Positions 30,299-39,595 of a stretch of DNA of 64,000 nt are shown here, one piece after another. The notes beneath the pieces were generated by a model that worked only from the letters and a program-made list of their open reading frames with translations, made no database searches and had not been told where the DNA came from. Source of the stretch: Hyphomicrobiales bacterium (GTDB taxonomy: Bacteria; Pseudomonadota; Alphaproteobacteria; Rhizobiales; Beijerinckiaceae). Numbering within the stretch: position 1 is the stretch's first letter; the number at the start of each line of letters is the position of its first letter. The stretch covers positions 27,359 to 91,358 of the forward strand of contig JAIXTP010000020.1 of assembly GCA_027483895.1 (NCBI GenBank), read 5' to 3'. The position numbers and the translations under genes were made by a program.

Positions 30299-30965
30299 GG
30301 CGCTGCTCCAGATGTTTGCCGAGCCGCGACAGCGGCCACGACACGAGGAAATAGGCCACGAGGATGGTGCCGAAGACGAGCACGGCCGAGAAGCCCTTGT
30401 TGTTGAGGACCTTGCCCGCGAAGGTCAGTTCGATGACGCCGATCTGCGAGGCGAGCGCTGTGTCCTTGATGAAGAGGACGAAGAAGCCGAAGGCGGGCGG
30501 CAGGATGATGCGCCAAGCCTGCGGCAGCACGACGTAGCGCACGGTGTCGAGCAGCCCGAAATTCATCGCCGCCGCCGCATCCCATTGGTTGCGGTGCACG
30601 GATTCGAAGCCCGCCCGCACGATCTCGGCGAGGAAGGCCGAGGCGATGAGCGTGACGCTGACGGCCGCCACCCAGAACATCGGCAGATCGACCTTCGAGA
30701 GCTGGAAGGCGAAGAAGACGAGCATCAGCGTGACGAGGAAGGGCACGCGGCGGAAGATCTCGGTGTAGAGCGCCGCGATCCAGCGCAGCGGCGCGAGCGG
30801 CAGGCGCGTGGTGAGGCGGAGCAGGGCGACGAGACTGCCCAGAACGATGCCGATGATGCAGCCCAGAGCGGAGAGGGCCACCGTCGCCAGCGCCGCCTTT
30901 CCGAGGAAGACGAGGTTGTAATAGCCGAAGAAGCGCGGGGCTTCCTCGATCAGCCGCTCCCACAT
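30270..30965 (-). CDS. amino-acid ABC transporter permease (His/Glu/Gln/Arg family)
   Basis: EAA-type loop AEIVRAGFESVHRNQWDAAAAMNFG...VVLPQA. Start ATG 30965 overlaps the upstream stop (ATGA). This is the C-terminal part of the artefactual 741-aa ORF. Confidence 0.85.
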   Translation of the reverse strand: MWERLIEEAPRFFGYYNLVFLGKAALATVALSALGCIIGIVLGSLVALLRLTTRLPLAPLRWIAALYTEIFRRVPFLVTLMLVFFAFQLSKVDLPMFWVAAVSVTLIASAFLAEIVRAGFESVHRNQWDAAAAMNFGLLDTVRYVVLPQAWRIILPPAFGFFVLFIKDTALASQIGVIELTFAGKVLNNKGFSAVLVFGTILVAYFLVSWPLSRLGKHLEQRLASPRHQRP

Positions 30966-31642
30966 CAGAACATCCTCATGCGCGCGCGGAACACGGTGGT
31001 GCCGATCACCGCGAGAAGCGCGGACGCGACGAGCGTGACCGCGATGTAGAGCAGCGCGGTGACGGAGAAGATCTCGAGCGAGCGGAACGTGACCGAGTTG
31101 ATGTTGAGCGCCTGACCCGTCAGCTCCTCGACGCCGAACACGGCCGCCATGGAGGTGCCGAGCGTCATCAGGATGAAGTGGTTGGACAGCGGCGGGAACA
31201 GAACGCGCGCGACATGCGGCAGGATCACGTAGCGGATCTGCTGGACGCGAGAGAAGCCGAGCACTTCGGCGGCTTCCATCTCCGACTGCCGGCGGCTTTC
31301 GAACCCGGCGCGCTGGATCTCGGTGAGATAGGCGCCGGCATTCAGCGTCATGCCGAGCAGCACGGCCGTGAAGGACGACAGCACGATGCCCATGTCGGGC
31401 AGCGCGAAATAGAGGAAATAGATCTGCACGAGCTGCGGCGTGTTCGTAAAGAAGCTGACGTACCAGCCGATGATCCGCCGCACGACGCCGCCCGCGAAGG
31501 TGAGGAGCGCCGCGCCGACGGTGCCCAGAAGCAGGCCGCCGCAGAAGGAGAGAACGGCCAGCTCGAGGGCCACGACCGCCCCGTCCAGAAGACGGGGCAG
31601 GTAGGGCACGATCTGGCCGAACTGGAACGTATAGTCGAGCAC
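30965..31642 (-). CDS. amino-acid ABC transporter permease (His/Glu/Gln/Arg family)
   Basis: LTEIQRAGFESRRQSEMEAAEVLGFS...VILPHV loop with five or six TM helices. Confidence 0.88.
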   Translation of the reverse strand: MLDYTFQFGQIVPYLPRLLDGAVVALELAVLSFCGGLLLGTVGAALLTFAGGVVRRIIGWYVSFFTNTPQLVQIYFLYFALPDMGIVLSSFTAVLLGMTLNAGAYLTEIQRAGFESRRQSEMEAAEVLGFSRVQQIRYVILPHVARVLFPPLSNHFILMTLGTSMAAVFGVEELTGQALNINSVTFRSLEIFSVTALLYIAVTLVASALLAVIGTTVFRARMRMF

Positions 31643-31696
31643 GTGGTCTCGTCCCGGTGTCCGTGAGGAAGCGCCGGGCCGAAGCCCGTCGCCCGA

Positions 31697-32503
31697 TCAG
31701 AAATAGGGGGTGAACCCGGTCGGATAGATCATCTTCATGCCGAACCACTTCTCCCACAGCGCATCGGTCTTGCCGCGGCGGTGCATTTCGAAGATGGCGA
31801 CGTTGAGCCAGTCCTTGAGGCCGGTGGAGTTCTTCGCGACGCCGAGGCCGCAATAATAGACGTCCACCGGCGTGGGAACGATCTTCCACTTCACCTTGTG
31901 GCTGTTCATGTGCTCGCCCATGAAGTCGAGCACGTCCACCATGGCGTCGCCGCGGCCCTGAGCGAGCGCGCGGATCGCGTCCGGATAGTTGTCCAGAAGC
32001 GTGACCTTGGCGTTCTTCAGATTGTCCTCGATGTACTTCACCGGGGTCGAGCCGCGGACCTGGACGAGATTGATCGTCGGCTTGTCGAGGTCCTTCACGT
32101 CGTTGATCGGCTTGCCGTCGATCGTGAGCACGCCGAAGACTTCCGTATGCGCCGGAACGGTGAAGTCGATCACCTTGGCGCGTTCCGGATTGCGCGTCAT
32201 GGCGCCCATCACGAAGTCGATCTTGCCGCTGACGACGAAGGGAATGCGGTCGGGCGAGCCCACCTGCACCACTTCGAGCTTCACGCCGAGCATCTTGGCG
32301 ATCTCGGCGGCGAAATCGACGTCGAAGCCGACGATCTCGTTCTTCTCGTTGAACTTGCCGAGCGGCGGCAAGGTCGGATTCACGCCGACCCGGATCGTCC
32401 CCGACTTGATGATCTCTTCGAGCGGCCGCGCTTCGGCGACCGATCCCCAAGACAGCCCAACCATCGCGACCGCGGCCGCGAAACCAGCCATCCAACGCTT
32501 CAT
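31697..32503 (-). CDS. periplasmic polar amino-acid-binding protein (ABC substrate-binding, family 3)
   Basis: Signal peptide MKRWMAGFAAAVAMVGLSWGSVAEA, then IRVGVNPTLPPLGKFNEKNEIVGFDVDFAAEIAKMLG. Start at ATG 32503. Confidence 0.88.
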   Translation of the reverse strand: MKRWMAGFAAAVAMVGLSWGSVAEARPLEEIIKSGTIRVGVNPTLPPLGKFNEKNEIVGFDVDFAAEIAKMLGVKLEVVQVGSPDRIPFVVSGKIDFVMGAMTRNPERAKVIDFTVPAHTEVFGVLTIDGKPINDVKDLDKPTINLVQVRGSTPVKYIEDNLKNAKVTLLDNYPDAIRALAQGRGDAMVDVLDFMGEHMNSHKVKWKIVPTPVDVYYCGLGVAKNSTGLKDWLNVAIFEMHRRGKTDALWEKWFGMKMIYPTGFTPYF

Positions 32504-32653
32504 GTCCCGATCCCCTTCCGAAAACGCCTTTGCCCGTCCCCGCGAGCGCCGGCCGTTTGCATTAACGTGGACACTATGTATACGATCTGAAGACATGTAA
32601 AGGCCGCGCCGCACCCGCATGACGCGTGCGGCGAAGTTGCGCAGGACTGCAGA

Positions 32654-32950
32654 ATGATCGAGCGGGACGGAGCATTCCACAGGCGTGCGGCCCCGGGCGC
32701 GCGCATGGTGGAATTGACCGTGGACGGCCGCGCGGTGACGGCCCCCGAGGGCGAACCGCTCGCCACGGCGCTCGCGGCGGCGGGCATTCTGCTGCTGCGC
32801 CGGAGCCCGCGCGCGGGCGCTCCGCGCGGGGCCTTCTGCTTCATGGGCGTCTGCCAGGAATGCGCGATCTTCGTGGACGGCGCGCTTCGGCAGGCCTGCA
32901 TGACGCCCGTCGCGGCGGGCATGCAGGTCGAACTCAGGGGCGTGCCGTGA
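32654..32950 (+). CDS. (2Fe-2S)-binding small subunit of a three-component HcnA/OoxA-N/LhpE-like dehydrogenase
   Basis: 98 aa. VDGRAVTAPEGEPLATAL...CFMGVCQECAIFVDG...ACMTPV is the Cys pattern of HcnA-type 2Fe-2S proteins. GTGA overlap with the next gene. Confidence 0.72.
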   Translation: MIERDGAFHRRAAPGARMVELTVDGRAVTAPEGEPLATALAAAGILLLRRSPRAGAPRGAFCFMGVCQECAIFVDGALRQACMTPVAAGMQVELRGVP

Positions 32951-34368
32951 AAAGCGATCTCATCGTTCTCGGCGGCGGGCCCGCGGGCGGCAACGCCGCG
33001 CTCGCGGCCGCGGCGGCGGGCCTGTCGGTGGTTCTCTTCGACGAGCAGCCCGCGGCGGGCGGGCAGGTCTGGCGTGCGCCTTGGGCCGGCAAGGCCGATC
33101 CTCATGATTCGCCGGAACGGCGTGAAGGCGACGCTCTCAGGGACGCCTTGGCGTCATCGCCCGTCGATCTCCGATTCGGTCGTCGCGTCTGGTCGGTCGG
33201 CCGCGCGTTCCGCGTCGATGCGCTCGGCCCGGACGGAAACGAATGGGTGGAAGCCCCGCGGCTGATCGCGGCCACCGGCGCGCATGAGCGCGTGGTGCCT
33301 TTCCCCGGCTGGACGCTGCCCGGCGTGATCGGCCTCGCGGCCGCGACGGTGCTGTTGAAATCCCATGCCGCGCGGCCCGCCGGGCCCGTGGTGGTCGCGG
33401 GTTGCGGGCCTCTTCTCGCCGCGGTCGCGGCGGGAATCCTGAAGGCGGGCGGCGACGTGGCGGCGGTAGTCGATCTCGCCTCCGCACGCGACTGGCTGGT
33501 CGCCGTGCCGCATCTCGCCTCGCGGCCGTCCCTTCTGGCACAGGGGCTCGGCTGGACGCTGAAGATCGCCGGCCGCGGCGTGCCGGTGCTGTTCCGCCAT
33601 GCTGTGCGGCGCGTCGAGGGCGCGGAGCGGGCCGAGCGCGTCGTGATCGCGCCGGTCGATGAAACGGGCGCCTTCACCGGCGGGTCGGAGCGGAGCTTCG
33701 AGATCGGTTCGCTCGTCGTCGGCCACGGCCTCGTGCCGGGCGGCGAGGTGCCGCGCCTGTTCCGCGCGAAGACGCGATTCGATCGCTTGCGCGGCGGGCA
33801 CGTGCCCGAGCTCGATGCCGACGGGCGCACCAGCATCGCCGGCCTCTATGCCGCGGGCGACGGGGTGGGAATCAAAGGCGCCGCGGCGGCGGTGCTGAAC
33901 GGCACTCTGGCGGGGCTCGCGGCCGCTCGTGATGCGGGGCGCCTGAGCGAGAGCGAATGGCGGAAACGGGCCGAACCGGCGCGCACCGCCGCCGCCGGGC
34001 TTGCGCCGTTCTCGGACGCGATCGCGGGGCTGATGGCGCTGAGGGCCGGGCAGGTCGCTTCCGTGCCCGCCGAAACCGTGGTCTGCCGCTGCGAGGACGT
34101 GACGCGCGGCGAAATCGAGGCCGCGGCCGTGGCGGGTGCGACCGAGGTCAACCAGCTCAAGCATTTCACGCGCTGCGGCATGGGCCCCTGTCAGGGCCGG
34201 ATGTGCGGCGAGACGGCGGCGGAGATCCTCGCGCGCTCGCTCGGCGTCGAGCGCGAGGCGGTCGGCCAATGGACCGCGCGCCCGCCGTTGCGGCCTGTGC
34301 CGCTGGCCGATCTCCTCGGCCGCTTCGACTATTCCGACATCCCGATTCCGAAGCCGGCCCCGCTATGA
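32947..34368 (+). CDS. FAD/NAD(P)-binding oxidoreductase large subunit (HcnB / opine oxidase A / LhpF-like) with a BFD-like [2Fe-2S] motif
   Basis: Rossmann motif DLIVLGGGPAGGNAALAAA, a second dinucleotide fold VVVAGCGPLLAAVA, and CRCEDVTRGEI...FTRCGMGPCQGRMCG. Confidence 0.8.
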   Translation: MKSDLIVLGGGPAGGNAALAAAAAGLSVVLFDEQPAAGGQVWRAPWAGKADPHDSPERREGDALRDALASSPVDLRFGRRVWSVGRAFRVDALGPDGNEWVEAPRLIAATGAHERVVPFPGWTLPGVIGLAAATVLLKSHAARPAGPVVVAGCGPLLAAVAAGILKAGGDVAAVVDLASARDWLVAVPHLASRPSLLAQGLGWTLKIAGRGVPVLFRHAVRRVEGAERAERVVIAPVDETGAFTGGSERSFEIGSLVVGHGLVPGGEVPRLFRAKTRFDRLRGGHVPELDADGRTSIAGLYAAGDGVGIKGAAAAVLNGTLAGLAAARDAGRLSESEWRKRAEPARTAAAGLAPFSDAIAGLMALRAGQVASVPAETVVCRCEDVTRGEIEAAAVAGATEVNQLKHFTRCGMGPCQGRMCGETAAEILARSLGVEREAVGQWTARPPLRPVPLADLLGRFDYSDIPIPKPAPL

Positions 34369-35492
34369 CCCGCGTTCATGACCTCGCCGTCGTCGGAGGA
34401 GGCGTCCACGGCGCCACGGCAGCGCTGTTCTGCGCGCGCGGCGGCATGGACGTGGCGCTGCTCGACCGCGGCCCGCTCTGCCGCGAGGCCTCCGGCGTGA
34501 ATGCCGGCACGCTCACGATGCAGATGACCCGCGTGGCGCTGATCCCCTATGCGCTGCGGGCCCATGCGATGTGGGCGTCGGCCTCCGAATGGCTCGGCCA
34601 CGACGTGGGCGTCGTCGTCTGCGACGGGCTGTCGCTCGCCTTCACGGAGCAGGAAGCCGAGATCCTGACCTATCGCGCCGGCAAGCGGCGCGAGGCGGGG
34701 GCGCCGATCCGCATCGTGGACGGGCGCGAGGCGAAGCGCATCGAGCCGGGGCTCTCCGACGAGGTGCTGATCGCGGGCCATTGCGAGGTGGACGGTTATG
34801 CGAACGCCTATCTCACCGGGCTCGCCTATCGACGCGCCCTGATCGAGGCGGGCGTCGCGCTGCATGAGAACCGCGCGGTCGAAGGCGTGGATCAGGGCGA
34901 CGGCGGCTTCACGCTCAGGACGGCGCAGGGGCCCTTGCGCGCACGCCGGATCCTGCTCGCGGGCGGCGTCTGGATCGAGCCGATGCTGGCTTGGCTCGGC
35001 GTCGATCTGCCGATCAAGACGCTCATCAACCAGCTCGCCGTCACCGAGCGCGTGGCGCCGGTGATGCAGACCGTGATCGGGGTCGCGAGCGGGCTTCTGT
35101 CGCTCAAGCAATATCCGCACGGGACCGTGGTGATCGGCGGCGGTTGGCAGGCCGTCGGCGATCGCGAGCGGGGCGGGGTGGAACTCCTGCCCGAGCGGCT
35201 CGTGGGCAATGTCAGGCTCGCCTGCCATGCCGTGCCCGCCCTCGGACATGCGCGGCTCGCGCGCGCCTGGGCGGGACTGGAGGCGGAGACGCGCGACGCG
35301 CTGCCCGCCGCCGGGCCGGTACCCGGCGTGAACGAGGCTTATGTCTGCGGCAGCGTCCATTCCGGCTACACGAGCGGCCCGTATATCGCCCGTCTTCTCG
35401 CGGACCGGATCCTCGGCCGCGAGCCGGATCTCCCGCTTTTCCCGATCGACCGCCTGCTCGCACCCGATCCGTCCGAAGGAACCGCCCCATGA
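34365..35492 (+). CDS. FAD-dependent oxidoreductase (DAO family; HcnC / opine oxidase B / LhpB-like beta subunit)
   Basis: DLAVVGGGVHGATAALFCARGGMDVALLDRG and SGVNAGTL motifs. ATGA overlaps on both sides. Confidence 0.85.
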   Translation: MTRVHDLAVVGGGVHGATAALFCARGGMDVALLDRGPLCREASGVNAGTLTMQMTRVALIPYALRAHAMWASASEWLGHDVGVVVCDGLSLAFTEQEAEILTYRAGKRREAGAPIRIVDGREAKRIEPGLSDEVLIAGHCEVDGYANAYLTGLAYRRALIEAGVALHENRAVEGVDQGDGGFTLRTAQGPLRARRILLAGGVWIEPMLAWLGVDLPIKTLINQLAVTERVAPVMQTVIGVASGLLSLKQYPHGTVVIGGGWQAVGDRERGGVELLPERLVGNVRLACHAVPALGHARLARAWAGLEAETRDALPAAGPVPGVNEAYVCGSVHSGYTSGPYIARLLADRILGREPDLPLFPIDRLLAPDPSEGTAP

Positions 35493-36421
35493 ACGCCTTT
35501 CGTCCCGAACGCCTCGACGGGATCCACGCGGCCACGATCGTGCCGATGCGGGCGGATTTCAGCATCGACGAAGCGGCGCTCGCCGAGCACATCCGCAAGG
35601 TTTCGCACACGCCGGGCATCCGCGGCCTGCTGATCAACGGCCATGCGGGCGAAAATTTCGTGCTCACGCCGGAAGAGAAGCGCCTCGTCACGCGCACCGC
35701 GCGCGCGGTCGCGCCCGCGGACTGCTTCATCTGCTCGGGCGTCAATCAGGAATCCTCGATCGAGGCGGCTCGCGAGGCGCTGGAGATGCAGGAGGCGGGC
35801 GCCGACGGGATCCTCGTCTTCCCGCCGAATTCATGGGCGCTCGGCCATGCCGACGAGGTCGTCTTCACGCATCACCGGATGATCGCGGAAGCCGTGTCGC
35901 TGCCGCTTCTCATCTACGGCGCGCCTGTGGGCGCGGGCGCGATGGCCTATGAGGCCGACGTGCTGCGAAAACTCGTCGCTGATCCGCATTTCGTCGCGAT
36001 CAAGGACGGCAGTTGGGAGGTGGCGCGCTACGAGGCCAATCTCCGCCTCATCAAGGCGCAGCGCCCGGATTTCGTGGTCATGGGCTCGGGCGACGAGCAT
36101 CTCTTGACGAGCTACATCATCGGCAGCGCGGGCAGCCAGGTCTCGCTGGCGGCGGTGGTGCCCGAGGCGCTGTGCGATCTCTTCGCCTGCGCCGCCCGCG
36201 GCGACTGGGCGGCGGCGCGCCGGGCGCATGAACGCATCTACGCGCTCGCCGTGGCCGTCTATCGCGACGGGCCGGGAGGCCGGGCGACGGCGCGGCTGAA
36301 GGCCTGCCTCAAACTGCTCGGCCGGCTCGATTGCGATGCCGTGCGCCCGCCCCAATACGCGCCGACCGCGGCCGAATACCGCGCGCTGGAACACGCGCTC
36401 GTCGCTGCGGGAGCGAAGTGA
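35489..36421 (+). CDS. dihydrodipicolinate synthase (DapA/NAL) family lyase, possibly a 1-pyrroline-4-hydroxy-2-carboxylate deaminase-like enzyme
   Basis: GIHAATIVPM, GLLINGHAGENFVLTPEEK (GxxGE motif), FVAIKDGS (Schiff-base Lys). Translationally coupled to the dehydrogenase genes. Confidence 0.85.
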   Translation: MNAFRPERLDGIHAATIVPMRADFSIDEAALAEHIRKVSHTPGIRGLLINGHAGENFVLTPEEKRLVTRTARAVAPADCFICSGVNQESSIEAAREALEMQEAGADGILVFPPNSWALGHADEVVFTHHRMIAEAVSLPLLIYGAPVGAGAMAYEADVLRKLVADPHFVAIKDGSWEVARYEANLRLIKAQRPDFVVMGSGDEHLLTSYIIGSAGSQVSLAAVVPEALCDLFACAARGDWAAARRAHERIYALAVAVYRDGPGGRATARLKACLKLLGRLDCDAVRPPQYAPTAAEYRALEHALVAAGAK

Positions 36422-36773
36422 AGGCGGTCGCGTTCCGGTCGGTTCTTTCGAGACGGGCGCAGATCATGACGGCGCATGTCTGGGTGCTCGACCTTCGCGC
36501 GGGTGTTGACACGAACGGCTGAACGAGGTCTTTACCCGAATGTGGATCACTGGCGTTTCCTCAACATGAACATGGGTTGCCGCATGGTCCGTCAGATGAA
36601 AAAGAGTTCTCTTGATCGGTTTGTTCGCGGCTTCACGGCGGGCCTTTTTGCTCCGTCGGTTTTGCTGTCGCGTCCTAAGCTCCCCGTTGTCAGGTCGGCG
36701 TCCTCGGTGGAGCGGAGTTGGAAAAACGTCGGCAGCTACATCATGAGCGCCGTAATGAAAGAACGGCGCTCGT

Positions 36774-37304
36774 ATGGGCATCGAAAACACTGAAGACGGC
36801 ACTCCGCACCAAGCTTCCGATAGGACGGCCCAAATCCCGAGTGCCGGTAAAGCTGGTGCAGAAGTGGTCGCTCCTCAGGTGGGTAATGGACACGAGCCCG
36901 TTCTTCGGACTGAACTCGTCGCGAAAAGCGTGGCCGTAGAGTTTTCCGGTCCGATCCCGCCGGCGCATATGCTGGAAGACTACGAGAGGGTCTGTCCAGG
37001 TGCTGCCGACAGAATTCTCGGGATGGCCGAGCGTGAGCAGATTCATGCGCACGCAATGGATCGCCGGGCAGCGCGGTATCCTGCCATCATCGAAGTGATC
37101 GGCCTGATCGGCGGCCTTACAGTCGCCTTGCTCGCAATTGCTGCCAGCGTTTACTGCATCTTGAGCGGGTATGCGTGGGCCGGCGTGGGTCTATTCGGAA
37201 CGACCACCGTAGCCGTGGTCGGAAAAATCATCCACGGACGTCATCAGAATCAGCCTCCACCTGCGCCTTCAGGTCCTCAGCGGCAACGGAAACGACGCCG
37301 CTGA
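36774..37304 (+). CDS. DUF2335-family membrane protein
   Basis: FSGPIPPAHMLEDYERVCPGAADRILGMAEREQIHAHAMD is the signature region of DUF2335, followed by two TM helices. Located in an AT-richer pocket next to tRNA-Pro. Confidence 0.72.
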   Translation: MGIENTEDGTPHQASDRTAQIPSAGKAGAEVVAPQVGNGHEPVLRTELVAKSVAVEFSGPIPPAHMLEDYERVCPGAADRILGMAEREQIHAHAMDRRAARYPAIIEVIGLIGGLTVALLAIAASVYCILSGYAWAGVGLFGTTTVAVVGKIIHGRHQNQPPPAPSGPQRQRKRRR

Positions 37305-37481
37305 GCCGTCATAGGATGAACTTCGGAGTAGCCTCACGAAGGCGGGGCCCCGGGGCGAGCGACAGTTCGATATTTTCGGGACTTTCTGCGACGAAACCGG
37401 CGTTTCCGGTGCTTTCGGTTCGCTTGTCGTTCCAATGAGGCCGACTCCGGTTTCGGCTCTAACCATTGGGAATAAAAAAAG

Positions 37482-37559
37482 TGGTCGGAGCGAGAGGATT
37501 CGAACCTCCGACCCCTAGTCCCCCAGACTAGTGCGCTAACCGGGCTGCGCTACGCTCCG
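37482..37559 (-). tRNA. tRNA-Pro (anticodon GGG)
   Basis: The reverse complement reads CGGAGCGTAGCGCAGCCCGGTTAGCGCACTAGTCTGGGGGACTAGGGGTCGGAGGTTCGAATCCTCTCGCTCCGACCA. The anticodon arm is CTAGT-CTGGGGG-ACTAG, and a T-loop and CCA are present. Confidence 0.93.
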
Positions 37560-37647
37560 ACGAAGCGCGTTATAGTCGGGCGAGGGGGGCGGCGCAACAC
37601 GCGCGGGGGGTTCTGCGGGCTGTTTTTCGGGAGCGGCGCCGACGACC

Positions 37648-37863
37648 TCATGCATCCTCGGGGTCGGGGCGTTCCATCCAGCGGATCAGCGGCATCAGCG
37701 GCACGATCCAGCCCATGCCGACGACCGCATAGAAGATGCCCTGCCAGAGCTTCGAGGCCTCCTGCAGGCGGCCCTGCGCAACCGCCATGGCGAGGAGCGC
37801 GTAGACGCAGACGAAGATCAGGATCGTCACGGCGCCGATGAATTTGCGGGTGCGTCGGTTCAT
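37648..37863 (-). CDS. DUF2842-family small membrane protein
   Basis: 71 aa with two TM helices: RKFIGAVTILIFVCVYALLAMAVA...GMGWIVPLMPLIRWM. This is the conserved alphaproteobacterial family commonly found beside ctaA. Confidence 0.78.
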   Translation of the reverse strand: MNRRTRKFIGAVTILIFVCVYALLAMAVAQGRLQEASKLWQGIFYAVVGMGWIVPLMPLIRWMERPDPEDA

Positions 37864-37967
37864 CCCGGCCTCTTCGGGGGTGTGCGGCGAACGGGTCCGT
37901 TGTGATCCGTCGCGTCCGCCTCTATGTGTCGCGTCGTTCGTCCCGGATCAAGTTCGGAGCCGCGTTC

Positions 37968-39038
37968 ATGGCCCTCGCCGCCGACCTCGCCGTCACCTCC
38001 GCCTCTCCGGAGCCCATGAGCGCCGCCTCGCGGCGCGCCGTGCGCATCTGGCTGTTCGCGTTGGCGGCGCTGGTGCTGTGCATGGTCGTCGTCGGCGGCG
38101 CCACGCGCATGACGGGCTCTGGCCTGTCGATCACCGAATGGCGGCCCGTGACCGGCGCGGTTCCGCCCCTGACGGCGGAACAATGGACCGTCGAATTCGA
38201 GAAGTACCGGCAGATCCCGCAATATCAGCTGCTCAACAAGGGCATGAGCCTCGACGAGTTCAAGACGATCTTCTGGTGGGAGTGGGGCCACCGGCAGCTC
38301 GGCCGTTTCGTCGGCCTCGTCTTCGCGGCCGGCTTCGCCTTTCTCGTGCTGCGCGGCCACCTGCGCGGGCGCAACGCGCTGATCGCGCTCGGGCTCGGTA
38401 TGCTCGGCGGCCTGCAGGGGGCGGTCGGCTGGATCATGGTCGCTTCCGGTCTCAAGCCCGGCATGACGGCCGTGGCGCCGGTGAAGCTGATGCTGCATCT
38501 GACGCTCGCTTCGACGATCTTCGCGCTGCTGATCGCCTGGGCGGTGCATCTGCGCGAGCGCACGGAGCGCGTCGCGCCCCGGCTCGTCACGGCGGCGCGG
38601 GCGCTCCTGGTGGTGTGCCTGCTGCAGATCGCGCTCGGTGCGCTCGTCGCGGGCTCGAAGGCGGGCCTCGTCTACAACACCTGGCCGCTGATGGACGGAC
38701 GGCTGGTGCCGGCCGCGTCGGGACTCTTCGTGGTCGATCCCTGGATCGAGAACTTCGTCGACAACCCCACGCTGGTGCAGTTCAACCACCGGCTCGTGGC
38801 CTATGTCCTTCTGGGCCTTGCGCTGTTCCATGCGTGGTCGGTGGGGCGCGCGGCGCCCGGCACCTCGGCGAACCGCCGCGCGACGATCAATGTGTGGCTT
38901 TTGACGGCGCAGGCGGGCATCGGCATCGCCACGCTGCTGATGGCGGTGCCGCTCTGGCTCGGCCTTCTGCATCAGGCCTTCGCGATGGTCGTGCTCGGCA
39001 TGGTCGCGGCCCATGCGGCGGCGACGAAGGCCGCCTGA
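37968..39038 (+). CDS. ctaA: heme A synthase (COX15/CtaA)
   Basis: GGATRMTGSGLSITEWRPVTG, FWWEWGHRQLGR, QFNHRLVAY. Eight TM helices with conserved His. The start is uncertain (ATG 37968, or the ORF start at 37902). Confidence 0.88.
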   Translation: MALAADLAVTSASPEPMSAASRRAVRIWLFALAALVLCMVVVGGATRMTGSGLSITEWRPVTGAVPPLTAEQWTVEFEKYRQIPQYQLLNKGMSLDEFKTIFWWEWGHRQLGRFVGLVFAAGFAFLVLRGHLRGRNALIALGLGMLGGLQGAVGWIMVASGLKPGMTAVAPVKLMLHLTLASTIFALLIAWAVHLRERTERVAPRLVTAARALLVVCLLQIALGALVAGSKAGLVYNTWPLMDGRLVPAASGLFVVDPWIENFVDNPTLVQFNHRLVAYVLLGLALFHAWSVGRAAPGTSANRRATINVWLLTAQAGIGIATLLMAVPLWLGLLHQAFAMVVLGMVAAHAAATKAA

Positions 39039-39042
39039 GCGC

Positions 39043-39480
39043 TCAACGGTAGACGATCACCGGAAGGGTCGAGTGGGTCAGGACCTTGCGGGTCTGCGAC
39101 CCGAGCAGCAGCGCGGCGATGCCCCGGCGGCCGTGCGAGGCCATGGCGATCATGTCCGCGCCCGTCTGTGCGGCGGCCTTGAGGATGCCTTCATAAGGAT
39201 CGTCTTCGGAGACGTGGACCGTATCGCAGGGCACGCCCGCGTCCTGCGCCGCCCGCTCGACCCGTGACAGGACCGCCCGCGCTTTTTCCGCGACGCGGCG
39301 GTCATATTCGTCGAGCGTGTCCTCCACCATCGGCACGTCCGCGGTGACGACGTGGAACGGCTCCGAGACCGTGACGCCGGTCACGCGCGCGCCGAGCGCT
39401 TTCGCCAGCGCGATGCCCTGCAGCACCGCCTTGTCGGCCAATTCGGACCCGTCCGTCGCGATGAGGATGTTGTGCACCAT
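39043..39480 (-). CDS. universal stress protein (UspA family)
   Basis: ILIATDGSELADKAV N-terminus and the C-terminal ATP-binding motif MASHGRRGIAALLLGSQTRKVLTHSTLPVIV. Confidence 0.88.
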   Translation of the reverse strand: MVHNILIATDGSELADKAVLQGIALAKALGARVTGVTVSEPFHVVTADVPMVEDTLDEYDRRVAEKARAVLSRVERAAQDAGVPCDTVHVSEDDPYEGILKAAAQTGADMIAMASHGRRGIAALLLGSQTRKVLTHSTLPVIVYR

Positions 39481-39595
39481 GATCGTCCTCCCTCGGGCTC
39501 CTTACGGCCCGCGACGATCATGGTTCCGGTCAGTCCGCAGGGCAGTTCGGCCATCCGGCCTAGGGGTCGGCCGGTCGGGGAGGGCGGCGGCGCAT

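Noticed and set aside
30270-32495. 741-aa minus-strand ORF spanning the ABC transporter region.
   Set aside because: Only its last 231 codons or so (from ATG 30965) look like a real protein, an EAA-loop permease. The upstream part is out of frame relative to the true permease (30965-31642) and binding-protein (31697-32503) genes and translates to low-complexity Arg/Gly sequence.
36476-36793. 105-aa ORF preceding and overlapping the DUF2335 gene, and its antisense 112-aa ORF (36464-36802).
   Set aside because: Neither has recognisable motifs, a clear RBS or a typical composition. They may be decayed remnants, so I did not call them as genes.
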